A stretch of DNA of 64,000 nt from Adineta vaga. Lineage: Eukaryota; Animalia; Rotifera. The stretch is from the NCBI GenBank assembly GCA_021613535.1, contig CP075493.1:14632001-14696000 (forward strand). Direction: 5' to 3'. This document shows, piece by piece, positions 47,896 through 61,020 of the stretch (position 1 is the stretch's first letter; each line of letters opens with the position of its first letter). Under the pieces are notes generated by a model. The model searched no databases and was not told where the DNA came from. It worked only from the letters and a program-made list of their open reading frames with translations. The position numbers and the translations under genes are program-made.

Positions 47896-49679
47896 ATGGT
47901 CAAAATAATTTGTGTGAACAAGAACGAGTTATTAGATGAATCAAAGAAGGTGGATATAGAATTTTATTTTATTTAATTATTTTCATATATATATATATCT
48001 TTCCGCAGAAACGAATGAATAATTTTGATGGATCATCTACAGTAAAGGTAAACTCACCCAAATTTGCAAATCATGTGAGTTCTGGACAATTGTCTTCAAA
48101 TGATTCTATGAACAAAGCAAGAACGAGTACTACATCAAAAGCGTTAGAACCAAATTTTAAGGTGATTATCATGAGGAGATTTTTTTACTTATATAAAAAG
48201 AAAAAATACAAATTTTGCTCAATGTCAAATTGTATATAGGATATTCAGATACAAAAAAGTGCCAGTATAATTAATAGATCAATCGAGCCAAGATCCATAT
48301 CTGATGAACAGATAAAACGTCGACGCCGTCGAAGGTACGTTTCTAATAAATATTTTTATTTTATTGTTTTATTGTATGTAGATCTATCCCACCTTCATGG
48401 TTGAAACTATGTTGCTGTTCTCTAGCAAGTATTATTCTGATTACCCTTCTCTTGTGTGGTGCGATTGTTGCAGGTTTTCTAACCAAATTGCCTAAAGGTA
48501 AAGACATTAACAGAAACATAGTGCTATGGAAGTTATTCTTGTAATTTTTTTAAAACCACATATTTTGCATTGTCAAGGTCGTCAGACTATTGCGCTTGTC
48601 TATGTCACTACAACAACTTCTATGACATCATCTAGTTTAACCACCTCATTTTCAACTACTAGCACAACTGTAAGCACATCAACAAGTACCCCAACAACAA
48701 CATCGGTTACAAACTCAATGGTGACGACAACTACTTCTGCTGGTGAGATTCTTATCAATGAAATTAGATTTTATTGTTCTTTTTTTCATATTTTAATTAT
48801 AGGCACCACTACGACGCCCTTCAATTCCAGTGAGTAAAGATTTGTATATAGTTTATGAGCAAATATAATCAATGTCGCTCAAATAGTTTATGGATATGGA
48901 CGTCTTTTGTTTTCTTAACGTCTAACTCCCCGCATAAATTTTATTCTACCCTTCCGTCAATCCTTTTTATCTATGTTTCGCTATAGATATTGTAGAGACT
49001 GAAGGAATAACAAACAGACATTTTTCTCATAGCACTTAATCAGAATTTATTGATCAATGGTAATGGTGAAACTGGTCCTTGCGAGACAGGCGGTAGTGTT
49101 ACACATCCAACAGGATGGAACTATAATGGAACAATCACTCAAATATCTTATAATAATCCTACATATGGAGATCTTACACATTCAGATCCTGGACCTAGGT
49201 AAATTTTATATTTTATATTTGTCCTCATTACATTTATTTTTTACTTCTCTTCAGTAATCGTGGTAATTGTTATTTTTATGGACAATTGTCAACTGTTACT
49301 TCAATGTGGCAAACAGTAAATTTGACAAATACTATTGATCCTCTTCTTATTGATACTTCTGCTGTTAAATTTAATCTGTCAGCATGGATTGGCGGTTGGA
49401 GTTATCAAAATGATAATGCTCGAGTTTCAGTAACTTTTACTAATCAAGCAAATCAGAAACTAGGGAATACAAGCAAATCAGAAACTAGGGAATACAACAA
49501 CAATTGGGCCAGTATATGCTGCTGATCGAAACAGTACATCAATGTTACTTTTTCGTCAAGCTACTGGATTTGTACCAGTGGGCACTCGTTCTTTTACAGT
49601 ATTGGTTACCATTATGTGTACAGATCCAACTTCGAATGATGGCGATGTCGATAATATAGGAATTTATTTCTTTCAATAG
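47896..49679 (+). pseudogene. Single-pass membrane protein with Thr/Ser stalk and C-terminal beta-sandwich-like domain, frameshifted by a 25-bp duplication
   Basis: TM segment at ~48410-48485; TTTSMTSSS stalk; NLLINGNGETGPC...; removing one copy of 49445-49469 restores the frame to TAG 49679. Confidence 0.65.
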
Positions 49680-49807
49680 TAGAACAGAACTATCCAAATA
49701 TTTTCACTATATGATTTGATACAAGTAATTTTTCTATCCAAAAATAATAATACACGGTAGAGGTATGAAAAGAATTGTTTCTACAGATCTAGTTTATCTA
49801 TGTATTT

Positions 49808-49860
49808 TCTTGGGAGTGTAATGATAAAAGATGAAGTATTCACATCCACACCCTCAAGAT
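49808..49860. repeat. Telomere-hexamer palindromic element, copy 5
   Basis: tcttgggagtgtaatgataaaa ... cacatccacaccctcaagat; spacer resembles copy 2. Confidence 0.7.
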
Positions 49861-50121
49861 AGTTTTCTAATGAAAATATGAGAATTGAAAAAGGATAAAT
49901 TCATTCATTGAACACTTTTCCATCAAAACACTCGAACATATATATGTAACTTTGATAAAGTTGCTGCAATCGAGCGACATCTGCTCAGTTATTCTTTCCA
50001 AGGATTGTCTTCATTTATCCAATGGACGATTGAATGAATATAAACTTGTATCGAACAAACAACACTCGAATTGATTTTCTTATTTATCAGAGACTTTTCA
50101 ATATTTAGATAATTAACATAA

Positions 50122-51643
50122 ATGACTAAGAAATTTCGTTGTGGTCGATTGATGTTAACTAAAGCAGGTCAAATAAAAAAAGTTGACCTTGGAAATGGTG
50201 GTGGTACACGTACATGTGATGAATCTGATGATCATATGACTTTCGATGATGTTCATAATCAACTCCTCATGGTTTTTTCTTTGGGTAATCTAATCAAATG
50301 AAATAGTTACGTTCGATGATATCGTTTTCTTTCTAGAGAATAAAAAACATCAAACATCATTATATGATTTTCAACTTCAACCACTCGATCGTAAACAATT
50401 TAAAACATTAAATGATTATAGGAATAAATATGGATTGAACAGAAATAGTACAGTGTTATATATATGTACATCTGACATAGATAACGATGCACCAAGAGAA
50501 CTGGTCACGGAAAATCCTAATAGTTCAATCACTATTGTGAAAAATGAACCAGATCCTATTCCAGAAGAAATTCAAATAACACAATCTGAATCATCATCTG
50601 GTAATTGATTTCTTTAATATTGATATCTCGATTGATCTTTGTCCTTTAGAATATTCATTTATCGATCATAGTAATGATATAATGAAAAATATGCGTGAAT
50701 TAATCAACCAAAGTCCTTCTAATAAAATCTTAATTGAATTATTTGACAAGATCTGTTTGATTCATGGTTATGTTTTCTCGATTGTTGTTCCTCTAGAAAA
50801 TCAACGACACAATGAACAATTGAATGAATCAGAAGTGTCACTCTATTTGAGCAAGTTAAAGAAGATTTATACAATTTTTCTAAAGACTCAATCATTACTT
50901 TATCGGAATATCGCTAAATTCAGTCATATGCCATTATTTTCAACCATTCAAAGTGCTTTTTCTCAATTTTATACTAATATCAAGGTAGATCTTTCAATCT
51001 GATTTAATTTTGAAAAAAATAACCTTCGCTAATTCTTTTTTTAGCTTGTTCGTAGTCGGTGGATGAAATATATGGAAAAAAAAGAGAGTAATAGTGAACT
51101 GAATATCCTTTCATCTTCATTAACTGTGTCAGATATTAAATCAACACTTAATGATGATCAGAAAAAAAATCTGATAGATTCATCATCTGAACAATTAACG
51201 GGAAAAGAATTGAAAGAAAAGATGAAAGCATTTCGACGAGTAAGTTTAGTTCGTCTACCGCAATATTAGTTTTATTTCTTTCATTTTAGCTTTTGGATCG
51301 TTTACGTAGTTTATCAAGCTATGTTTCTAAACGTAAACATTTATCATCATTTCGTGAATTTATTTTAAGTTCGATGGAAAAAATCAAATCTTTACGATCA
51401 GATGTGGATTTACTTGATGAATTATCAATTTGTAATGGAAAAAAAGTGTTATTAACAATTAAAAATGAATTTAGTAAAAAAATTGAGGAAGCACAGATTA
51501 ATCAATCAACATCTATGTTGGATCAACTAATTCACAACGCGTGTAAAAATACATTACGAGATATAAGATTTTTATTAACAACACTTTATAGTTATCAAAT
51601 GAAAATATATCATGAGAAACAAGAAAATATTACAAACTATTGA
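50122..51643 (+). CDS. Uncharacterised 5-exon protein
   Basis: MTKKFRCGRL...GNGGGTRTC; open exons separated by ~50-bp GT-AG introns; helical C-terminal part. Confidence 0.6.
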
Positions 51644-51907
51644 TCCAAGATTGAATTAGATTCATGTATAATGTATTGTTTCCAGTCAATGTTCATTTTT
51701 TTCTGTTATTTTTCTTTTACTTTTTACAGAATAGACAAAGATCTATCGCTGAAGTGTTTTGAGAAAAATGATCTAAATTTTTTCGATATTTCTTACAATT
51801 CAAACGAATGGTGTGCAGGCAAGAGGATTTAGATCATCATTTGATAACATCGATTGGTTTTTTCTAATCACTTTTTAAAATTCGTGAGTTTTATAGAACG
51901 ATGTGTA

Positions 51908-51987
51908 TCTTGAGGATGTGGGGTGGGTGTGGGTGTGAGTGCGAGATAAATGAAACAAATATAACCACACCCACAATCCAGCCTACA
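51908..51987. repeat. Telomere-hexamer palindromic element, copy 6
   Basis: tcttgaggatgtggggtgggtgtgggtgtg ... ccacacccacaatcc between convergent genes. Confidence 0.7.
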
Positions 51988-52197
51988 TGTAGTTTTAAAT
52001 TCTCTACAAAATGGCCGAAAACAGATTAGGAATCAGGAAAGAAGGTAAGACCGTTCTTCAATAAAACTAAATACGAATAATGAACAACTTTTCGAAAATG
52101 AATATTTATTGAGAATATACAGATTTTAACAAAAAAAAAGTTTAAAATAAATGAAGTTCAAATGTTCGGAGACAAGATAATCGAAACAAAAATAATA

Positions 52198-55100
52198 TTA
52201 AGCAAAAACATCAACACTATAACGATCAAGTGAAATTTCTTCCAAGATTTTACTTGCTTCTTCTTCATTAGTTTGTTTCATTTCTGCAATGATCTTAATA
52301 AAACATGTCTTCACTGATGCACCTAGTTTTCTAGCGCTACCACATGTATAAAACCGTGCACCATCAGAATACAATTTAGCAATTTCATTTCGATCTTCCC
52401 AAAGTAAATCTTGAACATATTTTCTACCATTCGTTTGTTGACGAGAGAAAACATGTCGGATCTCTACTGCACCAACCTTAGACCATTTATCCAATTCATC
52501 AAAATATAAACAATCTTCAGTTGTTCGACAACCATAATAAAGAATTGTCCGTCCAATTTCTCTTCCACATATTAATTGAGCTGCTCTTTCTTGAATAAAT
52601 CCACGAAATGGTGCAATACCTGTTCCAGCAGCAATCATTACAATTGGTATTTTTGTATCTTCAGGTGGCCGAAATCGAACATTACTTGTTCGAATACAAC
52701 AATTGATTTTATCTGATTGTTTCAAATTCGAAAGATAATTTGATGCAACACCATAATATTGTCCAAATCCACTTAATGATGGACTATTAATCACATCAAT
52801 TGTCAATGTAACTACTCCGGAATTCCATAAAGGTGAAGATGAAATACTATATTGACGAATACGAAGTGCAGGAAGCATTCGAAGATATCGTGGAAATGAA
52901 AGTTCACAAGAAGGATACAATTCAAGAATATCGAAGGTACTAATACGTTTGTCAAGAATATCTTTTTCATAAGATTCTCCAGCAAGATTTCTCATACTTA
53001 TTTGTTCTTTTTCATTTTGACATAATGCGGAAAGAATTTCAATTTGTTTTTTACTTATTGGTTGAGCTAATTCAACATAACCACTTAAAATATCAAATGT
53101 ACTAATTGGATAATTCGTTGGAAAGAATGTATCAGTTGATGAAATAATTTTAACATGAGTATCACTTGATAAATTAAATCGTTTAAGAATTCGAGAAACA
53201 ATTTCAATGGGATTCGTGGGTAAAACAGCAAGATAATCTCCAGTTCGATAAGTTTGTTCTTTGGGTAATTGAATTTCTAAATGTCGTTTCATTGGTCCAA
53301 GTTCATTTGCTTCAACTAAAATTTCATTTTTTAAAACAATACCAAAATCTGTACTTTGTCCAAGATTTCTTTTTGTATTAACAATTTCAATAGAAAGTTT
53401 TTCATCACTGACAACATCGGTATTTCCAGTATCTTTTCGTAATGTTCGAAATAGATTTTCTTTCCAACTTTCGAATGCACCAAAAAAATCACCTGCAGCA
53501 TCACCAGCACCACGTTCAATAATTCGTGTACCGCCCATATTTGCAATCATTTGATCAATGTAAGTTGGAATTTTATGATATGTATCAACCCAATCACGAT
53601 GGCCAGCTCCAAATACCGCATAATGTATCGGTAATTCAGGTTTTGTTTCAAGATAAGCAACAAATTGTTTAGCATTTTCACATGGTTTACCTTCATATGA
53701 AGCAGTGATGATGATAACAGGTTTATCAGTTGGAAGACATCCAACAGCAGAATCTAGAGTAGCTACAGTTGCATTATAACCATACAGAGGTGCTTCAGAT
53801 GCTAATGTATCTGCAAATGATTGACAAGATCCTGAATTACTACCAAAAAGAATACACATTGGTCGAAGATGTTCTTTATTAGTTTGTTTATCTGTTTTTT
53901 CTGGTATTTTTTCTGATTTTTTAATATTTGTATTAAGCGCAAAGCCGACTTGTTGCCGTGATCGAACTCGTATTTTAAAACCATCTGGTTTAATTGTTAA
54001 AATTTCTTTAATACGAAGATCATACGATGGATCAACAAATTCCATATTAAAATGTTTAAGTATAAGTGCAAGAGCAAGAAGACTTTCTTGCCATGCAAAA
54101 GGTCTACCGATACAAGCACGTTGACCATTACCAAATGGTTTCCAGGAATTTGGTGGAAGTTTTTCAAATCCACCATTTAACATTCTTTCCGGAAGAAATT
54201 CATCAGGTTGATTCCAAATTTTTGGATCGCGATGTAATTGAGAAAAAAGAATAAATATCACATCATCTTGTTGAATTTCATAATTACCGGGAAGTATGAT
54301 ATCACCTACTTTTGATTGTAAGCTAATCGCCGGTATTGTAGGTTGTAAACGAAGTGTTTCTTTTAATATTGCATCGATGTATTTTAATTTACTTAGTGTA
54401 TCAACTGTGATTTCATTATATGAATCGACTTCTGCTTGTGCTTTTTGTAAAACATGTGGATTCTTAAGAAGATAGTAAAGAGTAAATGAAAGAAGGCCAG
54501 ATGTTGTTTCATGACCAGCAACTAAAAATGTCACCATTTGATAACGAATATTTTCATTCGATAGTTGATAACCCGTATCAGGATCTTTACCATTAATCAT
54601 TCGATTAAGTAAATCATTGACATCATTTGGATGTTCTCGTCTTTCTTGAACAATTTCATCACATAGTTGATGAAGACATGCAATATCATTGTGATAACGA
54701 CGTTTAGTTTTCATCATAAGTGAATTTTGTATAGGTAATCGTTGGGTACGTTTATTACTTTCGATGAGAACGTTGACCATTGCATCAACAAAACGATGCA
54801 TAGACTTTTGATAAAAACTATTAAATCGATAATTAAAACTACATAAAGCAATCGTGTCTAGAGTTAAACGTGTTAAATTATCACAAACATCAATTTCTTC
54901 ACCAGCAAATCGTTCCCATCGAAGAATAAGTTGTGAACATATATCCATCATAGCCGGAAACATATCTCGAATTGCTTGTGGTCCGAAAGCAGGCATCAAA
55001 ATTTTATGTGCAAGTTTCCAATTTGGTTCTGATGTTGATGCTGTAACCAGTCCATCACCACCTGCAGCTCTCAATTCTTGAGTAATTGGATCAATAGTTT

Positions 55101-55305
55101 TATCAAATTTCGTTTCATCACATAGAACATTGACAATTTCTTGGCTTGATACGATCACAAAATTTTCATCAAAAATAGTTAATCGATAAATATCACCATA
55201 TAACTTTTGTAATCTTTCAAAAGAGTCAAAAGTATGATCAGGATCGATTTCTCGCAAATTTCCAATTAAAAAAGTTTTTTTCGGTTGTGGAATTGATTTG
55301 CTCAT
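52198..55305 (-). CDS. Self-sufficient cytochrome P450/NADPH reductase fusion (CYP102/CYP505-like), intronless
   Basis: AGHETTSG, ETLR, FGNGQRACIG; FMN motif FGSNSGS; RQYSISSS; AAGTGIAPFRGF; C-terminus RYSVDVFA. Confidence 0.96.
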   Translation of the reverse strand: MSKSIPQPKKTFLIGNLREIDPDHTFDSFERLQKLYGDIYRLTIFDENFVIVSSQEIVNVLCDETKFDKTIDPITQELRAAGGDGLVTASTSEPNWKLAHKILMPAFGPQAIRDMFPAMMDICSQLILRWERFAGEEIDVCDNLTRLTLDTIALCSFNYRFNSFYQKSMHRFVDAMVNVLIESNKRTQRLPIQNSLMMKTKRRYHNDIACLHQLCDEIVQERREHPNDVNDLLNRMINGKDPDTGYQLSNENIRYQMVTFLVAGHETTSGLLSFTLYYLLKNPHVLQKAQAEVDSYNEITVDTLSKLKYIDAILKETLRLQPTIPAISLQSKVGDIILPGNYEIQQDDVIFILFSQLHRDPKIWNQPDEFLPERMLNGGFEKLPPNSWKPFGNGQRACIGRPFAWQESLLALALILKHFNMEFVDPSYDLRIKEILTIKPDGFKIRVRSRQQVGFALNTNIKKSEKIPEKTDKQTNKEHLRPMCILFGSNSGSCQSFADTLASEAPLYGYNATVATLDSAVGCLPTDKPVIIITASYEGKPCENAKQFVAYLETKPELPIHYAVFGAGHRDWVDTYHKIPTYIDQMIANMGGTRIIERGAGDAAGDFFGAFESWKENLFRTLRKDTGNTDVVSDEKLSIEIVNTKRNLGQSTDFGIVLKNEILVEANELGPMKRHLEIQLPKEQTYRTGDYLAVLPTNPIEIVSRILKRFNLSSDTHVKIISSTDTFFPTNYPISTFDILSGYVELAQPISKKQIEILSALCQNEKEQISMRNLAGESYEKDILDKRISTFDILELYPSCELSFPRYLRMLPALRIRQYSISSSPLWNSGVVTLTIDVINSPSLSGFGQYYGVASNYLSNLKQSDKINCCIRTSNVRFRPPEDTKIPIVMIAAGTGIAPFRGFIQERAAQLICGREIGRTILYYGCRTTEDCLYFDELDKWSKVGAVEIRHVFSRQQTNGRKYVQDLLWEDRNEIAKLYSDGARFYTCGSARKLGASVKTCFIKIIAEMKQTNEEEASKILEEISLDRYSVDVFA

Positions 55306-56518
55306 GACGATTGTTTACTAGATAGTAATTAACTATTGTATAGGATTTGATCTAAATTACAAACAAATCAACAAAATTTAATACAATACTTGCTTCTATA
55401 CAAATATATATGAATGCTATATCTATACTCTAAGCTGATTGTTTTCAAGTAAAAACGATTTTTTCATTAGCAAAAATGAACAACTTACTTGATGTCCTTT
55501 TGATCAAAACTTTATTGAAAGTAAATTTTCATTTATTGTATTACAACGAACATCGCTGTCTTTATATCTGTTACCTTTTTTTCCGTTCTGTTCGTGTGTG
55601 TCACAAAATAAATACCTCCATGTAATAGGTACATATGCAGAATACGTCTGCAGCATACGTCCGCGGAATACGTGCGAAAAGTACGTTTACATTTTGAAGT
55701 AAATTAAAGTTGGCAGAATTATTTACTAATTTAGGAATATTTAAAGAATCTTTGAAAAATTCTAATCATACAATTGCAAACTACAAATCAGTTGGAATGA
55801 CTTTGAATCTTTTATAGATATAGACATAAGAACTCGATATTCTTCCTGACTTTTCCATACAAAATTGTACGAGTAACAAATGAAAATATCTATCAGTAAC
55901 TAATGTATTTTTATTTTAAAATTCTTATTAAATAAAATTCTGCACAATTCTACATTTATCACAATTATTCATCAATTAATTCTTATTGTTCTTATAAGAA
56001 TACATACTATCCATTAGAAAATGTTAATAAATTTATTTATCATATTATATAACAGAATGAAGAAAAAAGTAATCACTTTTTTTTTCGTTCTGTAATAGTC
56101 AATCATAAGTTACATGTGATCCAATAGCATTCGAGAAAAACGTATACACGTAAGTATTCATTGAATTTTATTTTTTTGAGTAGAATATGAAACAGAGAAA
56201 TATGAATTTGTTTTCGATCATTTTTGAGCTCATCAGTTGATAAAATTGTCATCAAAAAATGTTAAAGAATCAAACATATACATCGTTTTTTCATAGCATG
56301 TATGTTTTTTTAAGTTTTATCACGACATACTATTCTCCTTCTCGTCATTCTGTTCTTATATATAAAACATGACAGAACACAAAAAGAAAATAGTAAATCT
56401 CTGTTTTTCATCCTTTTTTTCATGCCTTATTCATAAACACAAAAAATTTTAGTATTCTTCACACAAATTTGTTCTGTGTTTTTAGAAAGATTGATAAAAA
56501 TTGAATCTTTGAAAGTAA

Positions 56519-58298
56519 ATGGCTACTGATCATATACTTACAAAAATTGATCAAAAGACTAATATAATCATTCTAACAGAAAATAATGAATTATTAAATA
56601 CAATTATTTCTATTATTGAAAAAGCAAAGAATTGTGATGAATTATCAAACGTCACAAAACATATTGTAAGTGTTTTGAAAACACATCTAAATGGTATTAA
56701 GTGTAAAATCGTATTTTTTTAGACTACGGAATCTAATGAACAGAAAACACAAGTATCCTATAAACGTCGTAAAGCTGATTTAACTTGTGTAGTATGTAAT
56801 GATAAATGTTCTGGTTACAATTTTAATGTCATTTCCTGTGAATCATGTAAATCATTCTTTCATCGAAATATTTCACAAAACTTAGTAAATTATTAGTTTC
56901 TTGGAAATTATCACGCTGCTCTTCATTTTTGTAGGATGATTTAAAGTGTCTAACTAATTCTGACAAATGTGATATAAAATTTCAAAACAGACGCAAAATG
57001 TGCAGACGTTGTCGACTTGCGAAATGTTTATCAGTTGGTAATTATGATTGGAATATGAATATAATAAGATTATATTTATTACTTGATTGTGTATAGGTAT
57101 GAAATGCATGTCTTCTGCAGACCAGAAGTTAAATAAACAACGACAGATAGAAGAAAACAGACGATCAACTAAGAATGAAATTAATACTCTCACACAAACA
57201 AGTTTTACAAATGCTTCTCTTGAAAAAAATGAACTATTGATCAATGAACAAACTACAATCTTAGCATCAGAAATAGTAAGTCATTTCCAAGACATCTTGA
57301 TAATTGAAATATGATCTAAAGAGAAGAATTTTTCGAAAACGAGAACTTATAGACTCTTATAAGATTTCAAAGATCTCAAGTTTATTTCGTTTAGTAAGAG
57401 AATAAGAACAAAAGCAGCTTTTCGTCAGTTATACATTTTCATCCTATTCTCTAAGGAATCTACTATGGAACAACTTCACACTACTGACTTATCTCCTATT
57501 CAAGAAAATATACCAGTTTGTCAACAACACTCCCTCACTTTTGATGAACACAATCTTCTCAATTCAATTCAAATTTCTTACGAAAAAAATTTTCGATTCT
57601 CAACAATCCAAAATGATACATCTGTGTTCGATCGTATAATCGATCGACGTTCCGGTTTACTTTATACAGCTTCACTCTTTTACGATATCAGTTTGAAAAT
57701 CATTACATTCATTCGAAGTATTCCTGAGTTTGAATTACTCAATGAACAAGATCGATTTATATTAGTTAAATATAATTCTCCGTTGGTATTTTTCATGCGT
57801 TTATGTCTACATTACGACATGCAAAAGGATCTTATTATTGATTGCCAAGCTGAAAACGAAGAACGCGCTATGCTTTTAAAACAATTATCATATTATTGCT
57901 TTGGAGATCCATTGGAATTATTATCGACTGAAGTATTGCGTTCGATCAAAAAGATTACTGATGATGATCCAAATATTTTGCAATTAATGTTAATTATATT
58001 AACATTTGCTAAAAGTGTGTCAGCCGAAGATATTGTACTAAACGAACAACCGATTCTTGTGAACAGCAAACAAGTCTATGAGATACAATCAATCTATACA
58101 AATCTTCTATTTCGTTATATGATAGAAAAATATTCTACTTATAATCAAGCAATACGTCATTATTCACAATTAATACAAAAAATACTTCAAATGCAAGTGT
58201 TGATACGAAATTACCAAGAATTTTTACATGAACAATTGACTGGTACAAGTGATGATGAAGTTAATCCTATTATCAAATCAATTTTACGTTTATGTTGA
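56519..58298 (+). CDS. Nuclear receptor, NR1-like (HR96/DAF-12/PXR group), multi-exon
   Basis: [42 protein letters not shown]; LBD signature [21 protein letters not shown]. Confidence 0.88.
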
Positions 58299-58480
58299 AA
58301 AACCATTCAAGACTTAAAATATTTTTAACTCTTGATGAATGCCTTTGTATTCCATTGGGCATACTTTCGCTTAAATAAAAACATTTCTTATGTCATATTA
58401 AAGTTTCGCGTATAATATTCAATACTTTTTATTGATATTGAACAAATCAATAAAGCATTTTCAATAAGTTCAACAATTGA

Positions 58481-58527
58481 TTGAGGGTGTGGGTGTTGAA
58501 TAAGTTGATACATCCACACCCTCAAGA
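58481..58527. repeat. Telomere-hexamer palindromic element, copy 7 (best preserved)
   Basis: TTGAGGGTGTGGGTGT (58481-96) / ACATCCACACCCTCAA (58510-25), 15/16 complementary. Confidence 0.8.
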
Positions 58528-58875
58528 ACGGAAGGATCAACATGTTCAAATACATATGATACTGATGAGGAGGTATTTTCAACCTTGTGTAAACATATAA
58601 TTCGTTTCAATCTTATATACATGATGCAGCAAGATGCACTAGAAAAAAACCATTAGCAACATCCAAATAACTTCTCAACTGTTGATTTAAAAAGAATAAT
58701 CTTCAGTGCTTTTTTTTTAACCTCACAAACCCATCCTCAACTTCGTCCACATTGTATTTGAAAATTTAAATGTTGTTCGTTTATTATTTAGTTTATCGTA
58801 TTATATACAAGTTTTCAAGAAGAGGTAGTTTTTATACGTCAGACCATGAAAAAAGTCTTGCTTTGCTAATATTCA

Positions 58876-60077
58876 TTAATACAGTTCAACACTGTTGAAA
58901 TAACTGCTATCGTTGCTCCCACCAGTCACCAAAACTGTCCCATTTGATAATATGGTTGCTGTATGATCGGACCGTGCAAAACTCATGTTTCCAATTATTG
59001 CCCAATTGCCTGTGATTGGATCATACAATTCAGCGCTCTGGATATAACTACCAATATCATTTCCGCCAGTCACCAAAACTGTTCCATTTGATAATATGGT
59101 TGCTGTATGAGAAGATCGTGTAGTAGTCATGTTTCCAGTCATTGTCCAATTACCTGTGGATGGATCATATAGTTCAGCGCTCTTGATATAGCTACCTCCA
59201 GTCACTAGTATTTTCCCATTTGATAATATGGTTGCTGTATGACGGGATCGTGCAATACTCATGTTTCCAGTTATTGTCCAAATACCTGTGGATGGATCAT
59301 ATAGTTCAGCACTATTCAAAGAATTACTGCCATTATATCCACCAGCTACTAAAACTTTTCCATTTGATAATATGGTTGCTGTATGACGGGATCGTGCAAA
59401 ACTCATGCTTCCAGTTGGTTTCGAAGCTAAAGAAGTCAAAGAATAGAGAGCAAATTTCTTTTTAAAATAATTTCGAACTAAAAAATCAAATGATTCGAAG
59501 ACTTTATTGAACTTTTGTCTATTCTCTTGAGAACTAGATGTTAAACTAATCATAAGTCGTCTATTTTGTGGATATAGATAGATGCTAATCTCAATGATTG
59601 ACGAAGTCATATTTACTTCATTCACCCACATCTAACATACACATACTTTGAATAGTGCTCATTGTTGTCTGTATTTCTGCTTGCGATGACATCATGGTAG
59701 TAGGACAATACATATTCGCCTCTATGAGATAAGAATTATTTATACGCTATAATAAGAACAAATTTACCTCCATTTTTTCGATAACAAATAACACTCGCTC
59801 GAGTATTTCCAAATGGTTGAATATTACCTGATCGACAGTATTCACCAAACATCGCGCAAATTTTATCATCATGAAAATAAACAGCTGTTTGACATTTAAT
59901 CTCGTGCACACATTGCCAAATACAAGATTGAATCGATGGATCGATTGTCAATGTGACATTCGGAAGAGTGGCACAAGTAGAATTAGGACTATAGAATGAA
60001 GATCGATGGATTTCAGTTATTATAATTGCATTGATGGTATAGGTAAAAAGATAAGTCAAAAGAAAATACATTCTCAT
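58876..60077 (-). CDS. Secreted PAN/apple plus Kelch-repeat protein, multi-exon
   Basis: Signal peptide; CIWQCVHEIKCQTAVY...C; four (T/I)G(S/N)M..(A/T)RS.HTATILSNG.(V/I)LV.GG...S(A/V)ELY repeats that are near-identical at DNA level. Confidence 0.85.
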
Positions 60078-61020
60078 TCGCAGTTACTTTACTAATACCA
60101 GAAATTGAGAAATGCCATTAAAAGGAGTTTCAAACAAGAACATTCATTTTTGTTCTTTCTTTCTTAACAATCGATGAAAAATCAAATTTTGAAAACATTT
60201 CCCGTTTTTCTATAAATAAAAGAAATAGTCTTGACTCTCTTTTCCGAGTTCTATTCAAACAAGAAAATTTCTATGAGAGTTTGTATCAATATTGTCTTAA
60301 CATACATGATCGTCCGATTGTTACTTAATTTATTTAAGAAATTATGACATTACAATATTTACCATAAAAATCACATACTTCCTGTTTGTAGGAAACATTA
60401 ATTTAGCAGAGATATTCAATTGTTTTGTTTTGTTTTTAACAAAGAAAATTTCAAATATTTATTCCAGTTTCTAAAGATGACCATAATGATTATAGATTGA
60501 ATAACATTCTCATCCACTTAATCGAACACATCTGTCAATTGAAACAAAAATACATTTTATCATCAATTTGTCTGATGAAAAAAGTGGAAATAGAAGATAA
60601 TTAACTTTTATATGAATGTATCATTTTCTAAAATTCAAACGAATTGATTTATTCGTTATTATGAAACGATTTAACAGTCATAATGGATATAATCGCATTC
60701 AATAGTGTCAAACTCGGATATTGAATCCAAGTACTTATTCAATTATTCAGTCAATTCACAGTTATTGCCTACACCCACCCTCAATCTAGGCAATTCCAAT
60801 TTCGATAAACATATCGACACTCGATATATTCTCTTTTCTTTCGTTCTATAATAATATATAACACGAGAATACAGACTTCTTCGCTGAAAATTTCTAAACA
60901 CGTGGTTAGTAAGTTAAAATAAAACGTTTTCTTTACTTTTCGTCAGTTACATCTTGTATTCTTCATATGGTTAGTCGACAGTTGAAAGTGTAAATAAAAC
61001 ACATATTACAGATTTTTACA

